Shown here: positions 40,277-54,620 of the stretch, in pieces
How the letters are laid out: each line of letters starts with the position of its first letter
Position numbering within the stretch: the stretch's first letter is position 1
Assembly (NCBI RefSeq): GCF_009914755.1
Contig: NC_060925.1
DNA from: the human T2T-CHM13v2.0 reference genome, Homo sapiens
DNA: 64,000 nt
Direction: 5' to 3' (one strand)
Notes under the pieces: model-generated
Told to the model about the DNA's origin: nothing
The model's database searches: none
What the model saw: only the letters and a program-made list of their open reading frames with translations
Translations under genes and position numbers: made by a program

Positions 40277-40999
40277 TCAGCCCTAAAGAGGCCATAACCA
40301 CATGTAACCCCCGTGAAATGTCCGCACATGGCCCCGCTCTGGCTGAGCAGGGAGAGGCAGCACAACCAGAAGGTTCCACAGGCATCCACAACCCTCCCTG
40401 GGGCTTTCCAAGAGTATCTGAGATGCCTGTAGGGTGGGAGACGTCCTTCCCCTAAACAGACAACCCTGCCACAGCTTCACAGAGGTGAGATTTCGGAAGG
40501 GAGCCCCAGGCAGAAAAAGGGACTAAATTTGGGGGCAGGAGGGTCACCGCTTTTGGGGACCTTCGTAGCCCCCGCAGGTGCAGCCCTGGGGGAGAGATCT
40601 GCCCATCGCAGCCTCCAGAGGCAGTGAGGACGCCCTGCCCAAGGGGCAAGCAACGTAGGTGATGGGGGCAGCAAAGGGGCGCAGGAGGCCTGGGCCAGGC
40701 CCAGTGATCCCACCCCTCAGGCCCTGCCCCCGGGCCTCGGCCTGCACAAATCAGGTTGATTCCCGACCTCCACAATACCCAGGGCACTGTGCTGCAGGGA
40801 CACTTTCCCACAAGCCCAACCCCTCACAGCAGCACAAGGGAAGAGGCAAGAAGACCTGAGGGTGGTGGGCAGAGCCAGGCCTCCAGCACACGGAACACAG
40901 AGGGACTGCAACGGTCCTCTGTTCAGGTGCCTGAGAGCGGGATCTCCTCCGCCTCAACTGGATCTCAGCTTAAAGGCCAGCTCATTAGAGACCACTGTG

Positions 41000-42450
41000 A
41001 CCTCCCTTCTGGGCGGCCGTCCCCAACCCTGGGCCCCACCCCCACGGCCCCCGCCTCACCCCGGGGTCCCCAGGCCACCTCCTCCTTTGCTTCATCTGCG
41101 GCCAGCTCCCCGGCGTCTGCTCCGGGCCCAGGTATGAGCCCGCGCGTCACTGCGGCCGCCGGGGCGCCGAGGCCAGTGCGGGGACACAGCAAGCCTCCCG
41201 CCTTCGGACCTTCCGCCGTGGCCCCGCGAGTGCCACAGGTTTCCACAGGGCCGGGGCACGTGGACCCGCGCAGCCTGGGAGCCAGGAACCCCAACCCCGG
41301 CGAGGGGCGCCTCGCACCCCCGTCCTCACGCAGTCCCCGAGGCCTCCCGGTGACTGCCGGGTGTGGGAGGAGGAAGGTGGCAACCAGCCCCGCAGCTCCA
41401 GTTGCTGCAGGAGCCCCCCGGGCCTCAGTCTCCAAATACGCCAAACGGGCGGGAGTGAGCCACAGGCTGTCTTCGCGGAAGACTCACAGGCGCAGGCGCA
41501 GACGGGTGCGCGCCCCTAGGGTGCGCGCGAGCTAAGACCGCGGCCCGGGGCGGGGTGTCCCCGGCCCCGCCCCCTGCAGCCCTACCGGAGCCAGCGCGCC
41601 TGCGTCGCGGGCGCACGGTGGGCGGAGTTCCCGGCGTCTCCGCCCCTTACCCGGCGTGCCCCGCGCCCGGAGGCGCTGACGTGGCCGCCGTCAGAGCCGC
41701 CATCTTGTGGGAGCAAAACCAACGCCTGGCTCGGAGCAGCAGCCTCTGAGGTGAGGGCGAGGGGCGCGGGCCGGTGTGGGCCGCAGAGACGTTGGAGCCG
41801 GCGGGGGCTGGGGACTGGCCTCGGGGCGACTTGAGGTTCGCGAAGGGCACGTCGACCCCCGCGGCGGCGGCGGCGACAGGGCCGGGCCGGGGGCGGACGC
41901 AGACGGGCCGGGCTGAGGCTGGGGCCCGGCCGGAGTCGGGGCTGGGCGGACGGGCGGGTCGGTGAGCTCCTCGCACCCCTCACAGGTTCCCGAAGTCGCT
42001 CGCGGCCGCTTGTCCTCCTCTGCCTGTCCCTGCCCCCGCCCGTCGCCCGGAAGTCCGCTTGGACGCCGGGCTCTTCTCCAGGAAACCTGGGCTTCCTGCT
42101 TCCCTCGCCTCTGCCTTTCTCGTTTCCCGAGGCCGCCCGCGCGTGGACGGTTGGGATTAGCGGCCGCGGGGGCCGGTGGGGGTCGTGGGGCCTCCCCCAC
42201 CCGAGTACAGGCGAGCGAGCGGCATCCGGGCGGACCCCCGCCTCGGGCACCGGGAAACTGAGGCTCGGGCGGCCTGAGACGCCGTCAAGGTCATGTAGGT
42301 GGTGGGGGCTTGCATCTTCGCCTCCCGACTCCATCCAGTTCGTGTTTGCTGTGAAGACGGTACCGGGTCAGGGGTGGTGAGAGCGGGCGGGCAGGTGGAC
42401 AGGAACCCCGTGCCCTTCCCTGTCTGCTGAACGGAATGCGTGGACCTCCG
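41000..42450. promoter_or_regulatory. ARF1: ARF1 CpG-island, TATA-less promoter
   Basis: CpG-dense; NRF1-type GCGCAGGCGC 41490-41499; GC boxes; CRE half-site TGACGT 41677-41682; YY1 consensus GCCGCCATCTTG 41696-41707. Confidence 0.9.
41690..41750 (+). other. ARF1: ARF1 non-coding exon 1 (start approximate)
   Basis: Strong donor gag|gtgagg at 41751; matches the ARF1 5'UTR as I recall it; joins the acceptor at 56064. Confidence 0.8.
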
Positions 42451-44837
42451 GGGGAGCCCAGAGTGCCTCCCTTCACACCAGTGAGACGCAATTTGGGGTC
42501 AGCACTCAGGGCACCGGTGGCCTCCAGAGGGCCGGTCGATCTTCGCTTTAACTCCAGGGTGGTTTCCTTGACGTTGTCGGCAGTAGATAAGAAGGCCTCT
42601 TCTGAGCTGGTGAATCTTTAACCTACCTGAATCTTTAACCTGCCTGCGGAACGACCTGCTCGCAGACTCTAGGCCGCAGAGGCCGGCCCCAGCGCTCTCT
42701 CGGAGCACAGCCTGGGTGGTTACGGCGTGTGAGATTGGGGCTGGACAGCCGTGCGCACCTAGAGTGTTAAATAACCATTCCGACGGCACCTCCTGGCACT
42801 CCCTTTCAGTCCAGGCAGCCAGTTGCTGCTTTGCAGGAATTGAGCAGAAATGCACTCGGAATCGCGGGCAGGAAAAGAAGGGAGGTCGGAGGCTTTGGAT
42901 GGTCCCCGAAGTCGCCGCCTAGTTGAGAGCTGTAGAGTTGGTGCCACTGCCCCTGTTGGAGTGGGCAGTTGTAGTTCTTGTTTCAGAACTAGTGGTCAGC
43001 AGTTTTCTTTGCCGGCTGTTGCAAGGCTGGTGGTTCTGGCGTTTTCCGCAGTGTGTTGGGAGGAGTGTGAGATGCCGCGGTGCAGTTGTGTGCGGCCCCT
43101 GTGGCCCTCTGCTGTTGCGTTAGCCATTGTCTAACACGTGTGACCGCATGGATGGTGTCCTCATTTAATTTGAATTTTCACCAGCACTGCCTAGGTAGCC
43201 AGAACCATAAGGTCCTGAAATGCCGTACTATTAGCTGGGTCCAAAATTGAGAAGAATTGAGTAGTGTAAATGTTAGTCACACATCTCATTGGACACATTG
43301 TTAGAGTGTGTTGTCCATGTTTTCACATGTTGGTAGACTGGAGAATAGCTGTCACTTGTCTTCAGGCGTATCTTGTTGAAAATAAATCCAAATCACTGCA
43401 GCAGTAGGAATATGCTGTTGCCTGTGAGGCAGATTTTCGGATTTGCTAGTTGAAAAAGATTTGAAACAGTTGGTTTGGACAACAGCTGAGTCACACAATG
43501 ACTGTGAGTGAAAAGCAAAAACTGGTTCTGTGCCCCTCACAGTTCTGGTTTTGTACATCATGTGGTCTAGCTATGGGCTGTACCTCTTGCACAATATGGA
43601 GAGGACATTCAGACATCTTCAACTGCTCATCTGCCCCTACGGACCAGACAGGCTTGAAACTATAGGAAGATGCATTTGACCTTTCATTTTTCAGTTCAGT
43701 AGAATTTAATATGGACTGTCAGCCGCTGCGGTGATCATGGAAGTAGACCTAAGAGAAAAAAACTTGTGCAAGTTCACACGTGGAGTAGTATATGACCATG
43801 GTTTCAGAGAACTGAAGCAGTTCTTTTTAGATTCTTCAAATTAAATGTCTCCTTGGTGTATTTAAACCTGCTGTTACTCACAGGCCAGGCTCCACCAAGC
43901 TTTCCTACACACTTCTTCCTGAGCTGTGACCATTCTCCTGAGCAAGAGGCTGCAGCCAGCCTGGGCTGGCCGGCCCATACTGTCTCTCATAGGCATTCTC
44001 TCCCCTTGACCTTTCACCTCCGTAAATTCAAGAGGGTGAAAGGAAATAGAGTGCACTGTCAAAGATAATTGGGAGAGAAACACGAAAAGGCCTCGCAGTG
44101 GGGATCTTAAATTATGAGAACTTGTGTTTTCTGTGTTGTGCCTGCTCCTCATTGGCGTGGATGGTTGGTAGGGGCATTCTGCCCGTAGCGTCTGAAGTGG
44201 TCTTTTGGAAAAGATTTGGCCCCTTCATGTTGGGATTCCAGGACTTGCCTTCATCCTCAGGTTAATATTCTCCTGTGATTGTTACAAGCTCTCTAAGGCA
44301 TAGTTGCATTTATTGCCTTACAGCTGCGCAGCTGCCGCACCGTCCAGATAGGTAGTTTCACATTCTCAGGTGGGTCAGATGACCTTGTTAGCGACTTGAC
44401 AGACATGTCCTGGATGCTCTTTGTTCCCAGGAGGCTCTCAGGTCCTCCCCCAGGGTCCTGTCACTCAGCCACCTACAGGGATGGGGAGACAGTGAGGCTG
44501 GCTGATAAGCCATAAAGTCCTTGACTAATCCTGGTTTCCTGGTTCTCACACAGTGGTAACAAGGGCTTGCAGCCGGTTGTCAGCCAACAGACTGGGAAGG
44601 GTGGTGCTTCTTACAGGCCCTGATAACAGGAGAAGCCTAAATGACAAGAGAAGAGACAGGGAAAGCATAAAAGGCAGGCAGATTTTCACAGGCACAGCAA
44701 TTGAAAATGATTCTGTTTAGAAGGCAGACATTCTCCCACACCCTTGAGGCCCAGGGCTCACTGCTGGTGTACAGCATGAAGTGGACAGGAGAGTTGATTC
44801 AGTCCATGAACATTTCAGGAAGTTAGAAGTCTATAGT

Positions 44838-46050
<1,213 letters not shown>

Positions 46051-46471
46051 TAGTATATTTTGAAAGCCTTCTAGGCAGAATGTATTAAAATAGTTTTTAC
46101 TCCCTGAAGGGATGCCAGCAAGCTAGAAAGATTCATTTCCAAAGGGCTTCCAGTGGTAGCATGGCTAGACATGAGACATCTTTCCATTTGTGTCATACAG
46201 CAAGTTATTTTTGCAGTACCATATACGCTATGCGGGAAACTTTTAAGTATTTTATAGGTTTGATTTAGGTACAAATGGCCAAGAAGCTATCATCTATACT
46301 CATCCTGGGGATTGGGAACGGAGGCAGTTAGATGTGCCTGTGCTTTGTACCTTCTGTAGATGGGAATGCAGTTGCTCACTCACCAATCAAATTTATTGAT
46401 TTATATTTAAAATACTATGAATACATCTTCTGGCAATTTTGGTGGTGACATTTTCCTTAAAATATTTGTAC

Positions 46472-46636
46472 TAGCCAGGCACTGTGGCTCACACCTGTGT
46501 AGTGCAATCTACTTGGGAGGCTGAGGCAGGAGAGTGGATCACTTGAACCTAGGAGGTCAAGGTTGCAGTGAGCTGTGATCATAACCACTGCACTCCAGCT
46601 TGAGTAACAGAGCAGGACCCTTAGCTCTTAAAAAAA
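46472..46636 (+). mobile_element. Alu monomer
   Basis: gccaggcactgtggctcacacctg...cactgcactccagc. Confidence 0.75.
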
Positions 46637-49600
46637 TTTATACCTACTCATCAGCTGAGGACCTGGGGGCAGGTTTAGAAAACAGATTTTGAACACACAT
46701 CCTTCCCTCCCTCTTGTGTCTGACATCACTGAGCTGCCACACTTTTGCCTTCAGTAGTTAACAGCATCTACAACCCCATTTTCCCACATTTTTATGGTCA
46801 AAAGAATGTTCAGACTGACCCACACATGAGTACAGTTTTTAAAAAGCATGCAATTCCTTGTTGATGCGATAGGTTTTTCGTGACGAACTTAATTTTTAGG
46901 GAAAGCACATCTGCAGATGTGTACAGTTGATCTTCATGAGCCCTATGGGCCTGATAAACATTCTTTTGCCATTGTTTTCTCCTCTCCTTGGTGGTGAGTC
47001 ACTTGTGCAGTGCCCAGCGGAAGAGGGTGGGAGGCTGGGGAGGAAGGCCTGTTCTGGGCAAAGGAAGCCCTGCTTGATGAGCATGAGGCTCCACGGGGGC
47101 AGTGGCTGTGACGGTGAGTGCCACACAGAGCTGCCCACACTGGTGGAGGGAAGGCAGGGAGATACCAGGACCATCCGGAAGGGGCTGAGTGTCATTTGAC
47201 AGGTGCCATGTGAGCAGAGATGTGAAGGAGTGGCCCGGGACAATCAGGGCAGAATCCCTGAGGTGAGTGCGCTGGCTGGCAGAGTTTGGAGACCTGTCAG
47301 GAGTAGGGTGCATACTGGGTGGGAAGCCTGCTGGGGTGTGCAGTGGCCCTCGGAGGGGGTCCGCGGTTCCCAGAAAAAGGAATTTGGTAATCTGTGGTGG
47401 CATTTTTGGGTGGCAGCACTGGCACCTTTGGCAGTGGCAAGAACACTTCCTGTCTGACCTTCATGTAGGGGAGGTCGTCTGATGTCCCAGACCTGTTATA
47501 AATATGAAAAAAAAATTTTTGTGCATAGTTTTAACAGGTGTTCTGAAGTTCCAGGAACAAAATCACCTTATAAATCAAAGATGACTGTGTATTGTTCTCT
47601 TCAGAATCACAGCAAGAATTCAGTTTCCAGAAGGAAAAGCTACAGTAGTTGCTTCATGGACATGGCTTGCCCTTGAGGTTGGTGGTGTCAGTGCATGAGC
47701 AGCCTGGTAAGGGTGGTTCTCTGGCCGCCACCCTTGGTCCTCTAGCGTGGTTGTGAAGTCACTTTCCTTTACTCCCCATTGCATCATAGTTGGGACAGAG
47801 CAGTGGTTCTCTGCCGTCTTGTGCGAGTGCTGGGATGCTGTCTCTACTTCCTTTTGGGTTGCCAGAGGCAGCATTTAGAGCACAGTGTGGGCATTATGTT
47901 GTGGACCAAGGCAGCCTATTGCAAGGACCTGATCGGGCGGCAGCCGTGGGGCAGCTCTGAGTAGAACATCGGGTCACCTGGCTGACTGGTGTGCTGAGAA
48001 CACGCAGGAGGAGGCTGGAGACGGGGTTCTTGCCTGGGGAACAGGAGGGAGGCTACTCGCATCACAGCGGAGAATGCCTGTTGGGTTTGGGAGGGGGGTT
48101 TCGGCTGCAAAGCTGGCTGTCAAGGGGCAGGAATTGGGAGGAGGGTCTAAAGTCTTGAAGAGAAATGTGGGGTCGTTGTGTAGGGGCCACCATCACCTGG
48201 AGAGCAGGGCAGATGCCAGCGTGTGTGTGAGAACTAGGTCACTTGAAGGGAGGTCCCCAGAGTGTCCCCGGGGTGTGCCTTTCTCTCACCTAGGTCTGGA
48301 GTGCCTCCAGAAGCGAGGATTTCCTGCAAGGACGGTGGCCTCCCAGGGTCTGTGGGGGGGCATCCCCGTCTCTTTACATGTCTGACTGACCAGAGTGGGG
48401 TGGGGTGGCAAGGTGGTGCTCGTCCCAAAGCTGGGGGAAACCTGGTGATGGTTCCCACTCCCATTGTTGCACTTCGCTTTTGATTTCTCTGGAAGAGCAA
48501 GTCTTTGTGTGGTGTTTCCCCTCAGCCTACATTTTTAAAATGAACGTTTCTTGAAGGCAGAAATCAAGTTTTAGGCATTGGCTCAATCACTGGTGCAGCC
48601 ATTGCATTAATTTTCTTTAACCTGGTGCGGAGAAGCTACAAGGGCCCCACCCCCTTCTAGTGGTTGGAGGAAGGAGCAACTTGCTCTCCCAGTTTATGAC
48701 AGCAACACCAGCAGTGTGCTGTTCCAGTTCCCCTTTTTTTTTTCAAGTGGTGTAGAAAGGGGCCTTCAGGGCCCTGGATCCCCCAGCCCCACACAATGGT
48801 GGGCCTATGTTCGTCCAGAACAGTGCCTGGCAGTAGCTCAGTGCCCAGCATGTCTGTGGTGAGTGTGTAGTTCAGGAAGTGAACTGGCAAAACTGAGTAT
48901 CACCCTCTCTTCCTGGGTTCTTGCCACTCCCCTGAAAACCAGGGTAGCATTGTCACATCAGATAGCTCCGCTACGTGTGCGCTGACCATGCTGAGATGGG
49001 CACTGTGGACTCAGCCTCTGGTCATTGCTGGAACCAGCGGCCTCCATGTGAGGTACAGGGGAACGCACTGCTAGCAGATGGTTGGGATGTGGACACTCGT
49101 CCTGCCCTCTTGGCTTGGTGCTGTGCCATCGCACAGTCATTCGCTGTTTAGCATGCATGGGAGAGAGTGAAGCACAAGGGCCCAGGCCCCTGGGAGTGCC
49201 TGCCCTCAAGTTGGAAGAGCCCTTGGGCACAGCATAGGCGCCTGGCAGAATTGGACTGGGCCATGATCCAGGGCATTGGGACCTCACCTAGGAGTTGGGG
49301 TTCTGGTCAGAAGCCCTGTGGAGACAGGGTCTCCCCTGTGGGCACCAAACTGACCTCAAACTGCTGGTTCTTTGGCCCTGGGGACGGGGCTGGTTGAAGT
49401 ACTCTCCCGGCAGCTGTCACCTGCAGGGAGAGGTGGGGGTAGGGGTGCTGTGTTTCTTAGCTGTTCCTCGTTGCAGTGTTAAATCCCTGCAGGTTCCTTA
49501 TTCTCAGCTTGTGTTGTGAGTTTCAGTGTTGGGGGCTAATGTGGGTTTGCGTTTTTGGTCTTGGTTTTCCCAGTGGCCAGTCCATCAGCCACTGCACTGG

Positions 49601-51149
49601 GGGCCAGGTAGAGGCCAACTGCACCCTGCCTGCCAGAGTAGAAATACTGGTAGGCCCCAGGCTCTGCTGCCCCTTCCATGTCCTTGTGTAAGCATCCATG
49701 GACAAAGCTGACTCACGGGGTGTGCACAGCTGCAGGGAGGCCAGGAAACAGGGGTTTTATTCTAGAGGGCCTTGTGCTCAGTGACAGACCAGAGTCCCAT
49801 CACTGAGAGAGCAGGGCTGGGGCAGCACAAAGGACTGGAGAGCATTTGCCATGATGCCATGTGCACAGCCAGTGCAAGTCCTTCATTGTAGCTGTGGTCA
49901 GAGGTCATGAGACACTGCCTTCAGCAGCCCTGGGAGTCCACCTGGTGTGTGGTTAGAGCTGTGCATCTGCAGATTTCAGAAGGACTTACGTTTGGTGAGG
50001 TGCTTTGAAGTAACACTTCACAAATACCAAGAAGCAAGAAATACACAAATAAGCAGGTAATGGTTCTTTGGTGTTTACATTAGCTAGTGGGCAACGGTTC
50101 TTTGGTGTTCACATTAGCTATAGTCCCAGAACTCAGTCCATGAGGTGGAATCACAAAAATGGAATTCATTTCTGGCTGTCAGTACACAAACTGATTTAAG
50201 ATATCACCTTGAATTTTAAGCTGACAAACAGTGATCTAAACTGAATTTCACTGATTGCCCCACCTGAAAGTCAGACCTGATAGATAATGCCCTCCCTTAA
50301 CTCAAGGCCAGCAGCAGATGTGTTAGAGGGGACCCTTGTGCCTCGCAGCCCTCATCTCCTAATGGCTGTGGGGTCACTGTGTCGAGTTGTAATGCCTAAT
50401 GAGCTCCTCTAAAAACATCCTGAAACTTGTGTAAAAAAAACAGCAGACTCCCAGTGGAACTCGCCTTCAGATGCAGCCCAGAATAAGAGTTCTAGAATGT
50501 GTGTGCCATCCTTTTGTCTCAATCTGCATGATTGCAAGTCTCTTCAACATGATTGGGTGCGTGGAGTGTCTCGGTCATGTGTCTTCCCCTCTGAGCATGC
50601 CTTTTGATTCGCACCTGTGTCACAATTGTGCCAGCCTGTGAGATGTGTCTGCCTGTCACCAGTATCGGCACATTTAGTTTTCCCTTTACGTGAGTTTTGG
50701 TAAAATAGTGACAAAATGTAATGCAGTGCTCAGTCACAGAAAAATGTCAGGCCTACAGAAATGGAGCATTTGGCTGGCGGGTAGCGTGATGACCATAGGC
50801 TTTATTTGGCTGGTGTGGTAAACAAGCAGCAGCTTGTGCAGGTGAGAATAAATGGCCATATTGCATTTCATTTTAAGGACTCCCTTAAAATGAAAATCTT
50901 CGTGTGGGACATGAACACAGGCTTTCACGAAATTGATCATCTACACTATATGTATGACTGTTGAAAGGCTGTTGTTCCTCAGAAATTCTTAAAATGTTAT
51001 GTAATGTACATGAGTCCCTTCAGGAAGTCATCAGCTTTGTTCAGTTTCCTCAGATTAGATAGTAAAACTGAGATTATGAACTATAAAGATGTGTGTAATT
51101 TATCTGTCAGTGAACTTGACTTTAATAAAAGCTTTTTGAAAAAGAACTC

Positions 51150-51440
51150 TGGGTGGGGTGCATTGGCTCACACACATAGTCCCAACTACTGTGGAGGTCA
51201 GGGCAGGAGGATCACTGGAGCCCAAGAGTTCAAGATCAGCCTGGGCAGGATAGCGAGACCCTGTCTATAGAAAATATTAAAAATCAGCTAGGCATGGTGG
51301 CTTGCCCTTGCATTCCCTGCCACTTGGGAGGCTGAGGTGGGAGGTTCGCTTGAGCCCAGGAGCTCAAGGCTGCAATGGGCTGTGATCGAACCACTGAATT
51401 CCAACCTGGGTGACAGAGTGAGGCCCTGTCTCAAAAAGAG
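51150..51440 (+). mobile_element. AluJ-like element
   Basis: Diverged Alu consensus. Confidence 0.85.
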
Positions 51441-52627
51441 AACTCTCGATGTCACTGGCTTTCCATGTAAGCAGAGCACATCATGTGAGCCCCATTCGTG
51501 GATGTCAGTCAGCAGAACAGAATCTTGGACCTGGAGCTTGTTTGTCCTGTGCTAGAGGTTGGAGGTGTCTCTGTCTTTCTGTTGGTTCCTGTCAGTTCAG
51601 GTCACTTAGAGATTCTGTTACATACACCAGCTCTGACAGGTTGGGGGAGATGATCAACCTTCCGCCTGCGCCTGTTCCCTTCCCTGACTCATGCCAAAGT
51701 ATCCCTGAGATCTGCAAGGGACCGAGGACAGTACTGGCTGGTGGTCTGGGTACAGGCCACAGAGGCATCTGGACCCCATGTGCATCTGGACCAGTTTGGT
51801 TGGATCCATTCATGGACACAAAACGGATGTGAACTCACAGAGCTACATTTTCTCCCTGCCCCTGTTCAGGCACAGTGAGGTGTCGGGGAATGTAGCTGCC
51901 AGAGTTGACTGTCCCGTTCTTTGGTGTAATGCCTGAAGGCCACCTTTACCATTGGTCTGTGGTCCTCACTGAAGAAAGAAACATTCTTCCTAAAAGACTT
52001 TTTTTCCTCAGAGTTGGAGCCCACAGCGTGGTCAGGAAAGAGAAGTAGCCACTGGTGGCTCCTGGCATCCTCCTGCTGGGCAGCCCCTTCTCAAAGTGTG
52101 AGGGGTCCCCTTGTGTACAAGCAGGAAGGCTCTGAGAAAGTCAGGTTTGCTCCTACCACAGGATAATTCCGATGAACCTGAAAAGCGGGTTTTGGCTTGT
52201 GTGCAGGGACTCTGGTGGAAGAAAGGGTGACAGCACCTGGCCTGGGCATGACACAAGTTAGGACCCGTACCAAGAGGCCCTGGAATTGAGGGTGGGGGTT
52301 GCTGTGGACTCTTTCTCCCTCTTAGGAAACTCTATTGGGTCTCCATCTGTCACAGAAGCAGTAAATGATGTAGGGGCTGCCAGGTATAGGGTCCTGTGGG
52401 GATGCTGGAACATGCCGAGGCAGGACGTGCCAGCCACCCTCTGCCCATATGTGCAGCAGGGCCACAGATGTGCTTGTCGGTAGGAGAGACCAAGCTGTCT
52501 GTGTGCCGATGTCTTGACACCTGAGACTTCAGGTTCACCCATCCTGGTTCTGCCATTCCATTGCAGGGTGGCTTCCCTCCTTTGGGGACTCTTAACGCTT
52601 TGGTCTGTTAAAAAAAAAAAAAAAAAA

Positions 52628-52963
52628 TCCGGGCGTGGTGGCTCACTCCTGTAATCCCAGCACTTTGGGAGGCCGAGGTGGGCTGATCATCTGAGGTCAG
52701 GGGTTCGAGGCCAGCCCTGACCAACATGGTGAAACCCCGTCTCTACTAAAAATAAAAATAAAAATTAGCTCAGCGTGGTGGCACGCGCCTGTAGTCCCAG
52801 CTACTCGGGAAGCTGAGGCAAGAGAATCTCGAACCTGGGAGGCAGAGGTTGCAGTGAGCCGAGATCGCACCTGAGAGGTTGCAGTGAGCTGAGATCAAGC
52901 CACTGCACTCCAGCCTGGATGACAGAGTGAGACTCTGTCTCAAAAAAAAAAAAAAAAAAAAAA
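52628..52963 (+). mobile_element. AluS-like element with an internal duplication, flanked by A-tracts on both sides
   Basis: gaggttgcagtgagc(c/t)gagatc occurs twice at ~52846-52896. Confidence 0.9.
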
Positions 52964-54418
52964 GCCACCAATGGGGAGGGCCTGGGATTACTGGCATCAC
53001 AAACCCCACTGCCTGCAGGCTGCATGATCTCCTGGGCATGGTTGGCGGCACTGCCCCGGGCATGAGGAGGCAGCAGGCATGTGTGGATCACGGACAGTGC
53101 TGGGGTCGAGGGGGTTGGTGACGGTGTGACACCCCTTCCCCTGAGTGGCTGGGTGTTACTGTCAATTCTCCCAAGTGCTGTGCTTCAGTGGTCGTGGCAG
53201 TCTGGTGCTGCCTCTGCCCAACTGGCAGGCGACCCTTATTCCTGAGTCCCTGCTGACTTGGTGTCCTAGGTTTATTCCTCCTAGACTTGTTAACTTGTAC
53301 AGTTAACAAGCCTTTGACACCACACACCCTCGCCTCAGCTTTCCAACCCCCTAGTAATAACAACATCAGGACTCCCTGAGTATCCTCCACCATATGTTTT
53401 CCTGGAGTAACTCATAAAAGGCCCTCTTTTCGTTCCATTTCATGCTTGGGTTTTTCATGCGAACCTGTCATTATTAGTTTTTCCGCATTGCCTAGAGTTG
53501 CCCAACCCCATAATAAGAATACGTAGGTGGCGTGCCCCATTCTTGCAGGTGTCCACTTCCTGCTCCAGTCTGAGGGGGTTGGCTAGGCTGCTGCTCTCTC
53601 TCCATGTGGGGTTGGCTAGGCTGCTGCTCTCTCTCCACGTTGCTGTGGGCTCGCATCCTCTCCCTGGTTCCCTGGGGGAGCTTCTTAGGGAGGGAGCATG
53701 TGAGAGATCTGAGGCCCTGCAGTTTGGGAGTTATTTTCATTCTCCCCTAACACTTGTTGGATACTTTGGCTGGGTATAGAATTAAAGGGTTTCGAAAGCA
53801 GTGTTTCAGAGTCTTCCATTCTCTGGGGCATCAGAGGTGTCATTTGCCCCTGTGCATTCTGGAGTCCACCTTGCACCTTTATTGGGTCTCATCTAGGTCC
53901 TTGGCTTTGCGCTTCAGCCCTTTGAGGCCGAAGCCCAGATTCCTGGGTCCCCACTCTGGAACAGGGAAAAATTTCACCCCGTAATTTCGTACGTTCTTTC
54001 TTTTTAGGGTTTCTGTTGGTTGATATCTTAAGTTACTCCTCATCTTCCTTTTTCATTCTGTTTGTTTTTGTTCTGCCTTCTGAGCACCTTCATTTTGAAT
54101 TTTCCTTTTCAGCTATTTGTGTATCTATCAGGTTTCTCTCCTTGTCCTTTGTTAAAATAGTCTTCTGTCTTCAGTCTCCTGTCTTGGTTGCCTCCTTGCA
54201 GATTCCTTTTATATTTGGGTCTCTTATGTTGGTGGCCTTTCAAAGGCAGACAGGCCTGTCTCTTGGTGGGGGGTGGGGGTGGGCGGAGCTCCAGTTGCTT
54301 GTGTGTGGATCTGCTGGGGCATATAGAACTCTCAGGAATTATTCTGGAATTTCATGGCTCAAGTGTGTTGTCATGGCTCAGCGCAGGCCTAAGCCCTGCT
54401 GCAGCTGCTCCCCTAGAC

Positions 54419-54620
54419 CAAGCTTGTCCAACCCTTAGGCCGCATGTGGCCCAGGATGGCTTTGAACCCGACCCAACACAAATTTCTAATAAAACATTGA
54501 GATTTTGGGGGTTTTTGTTTTGGTTTGGTTCACCAGCTGTTGTGTTAGTATATTTTGTGTGTGGTCCAAGACAATTCTTCTTCCATTGTGGCCCAGGGTA
54601 GCCAAGATTGGACATTGCTG
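54419..54620. mobile_element. MER30-like hAT-Charlie MITE
   Basis: Termini CAAGCTTGTCCAA...TTGGACATTGCTG; 8-bp TSD CCCTAGAC/CCCTAGGC at 54411-54418 and 54621-54628. Confidence 0.8.

Noticed and set aside
40756-42334. Long Pro/Arg/Ala/Gly-rich ORFs around the ARF1 promoter
   Set aside because: Stop-codon scarcity in a CpG island; no recognisable domains
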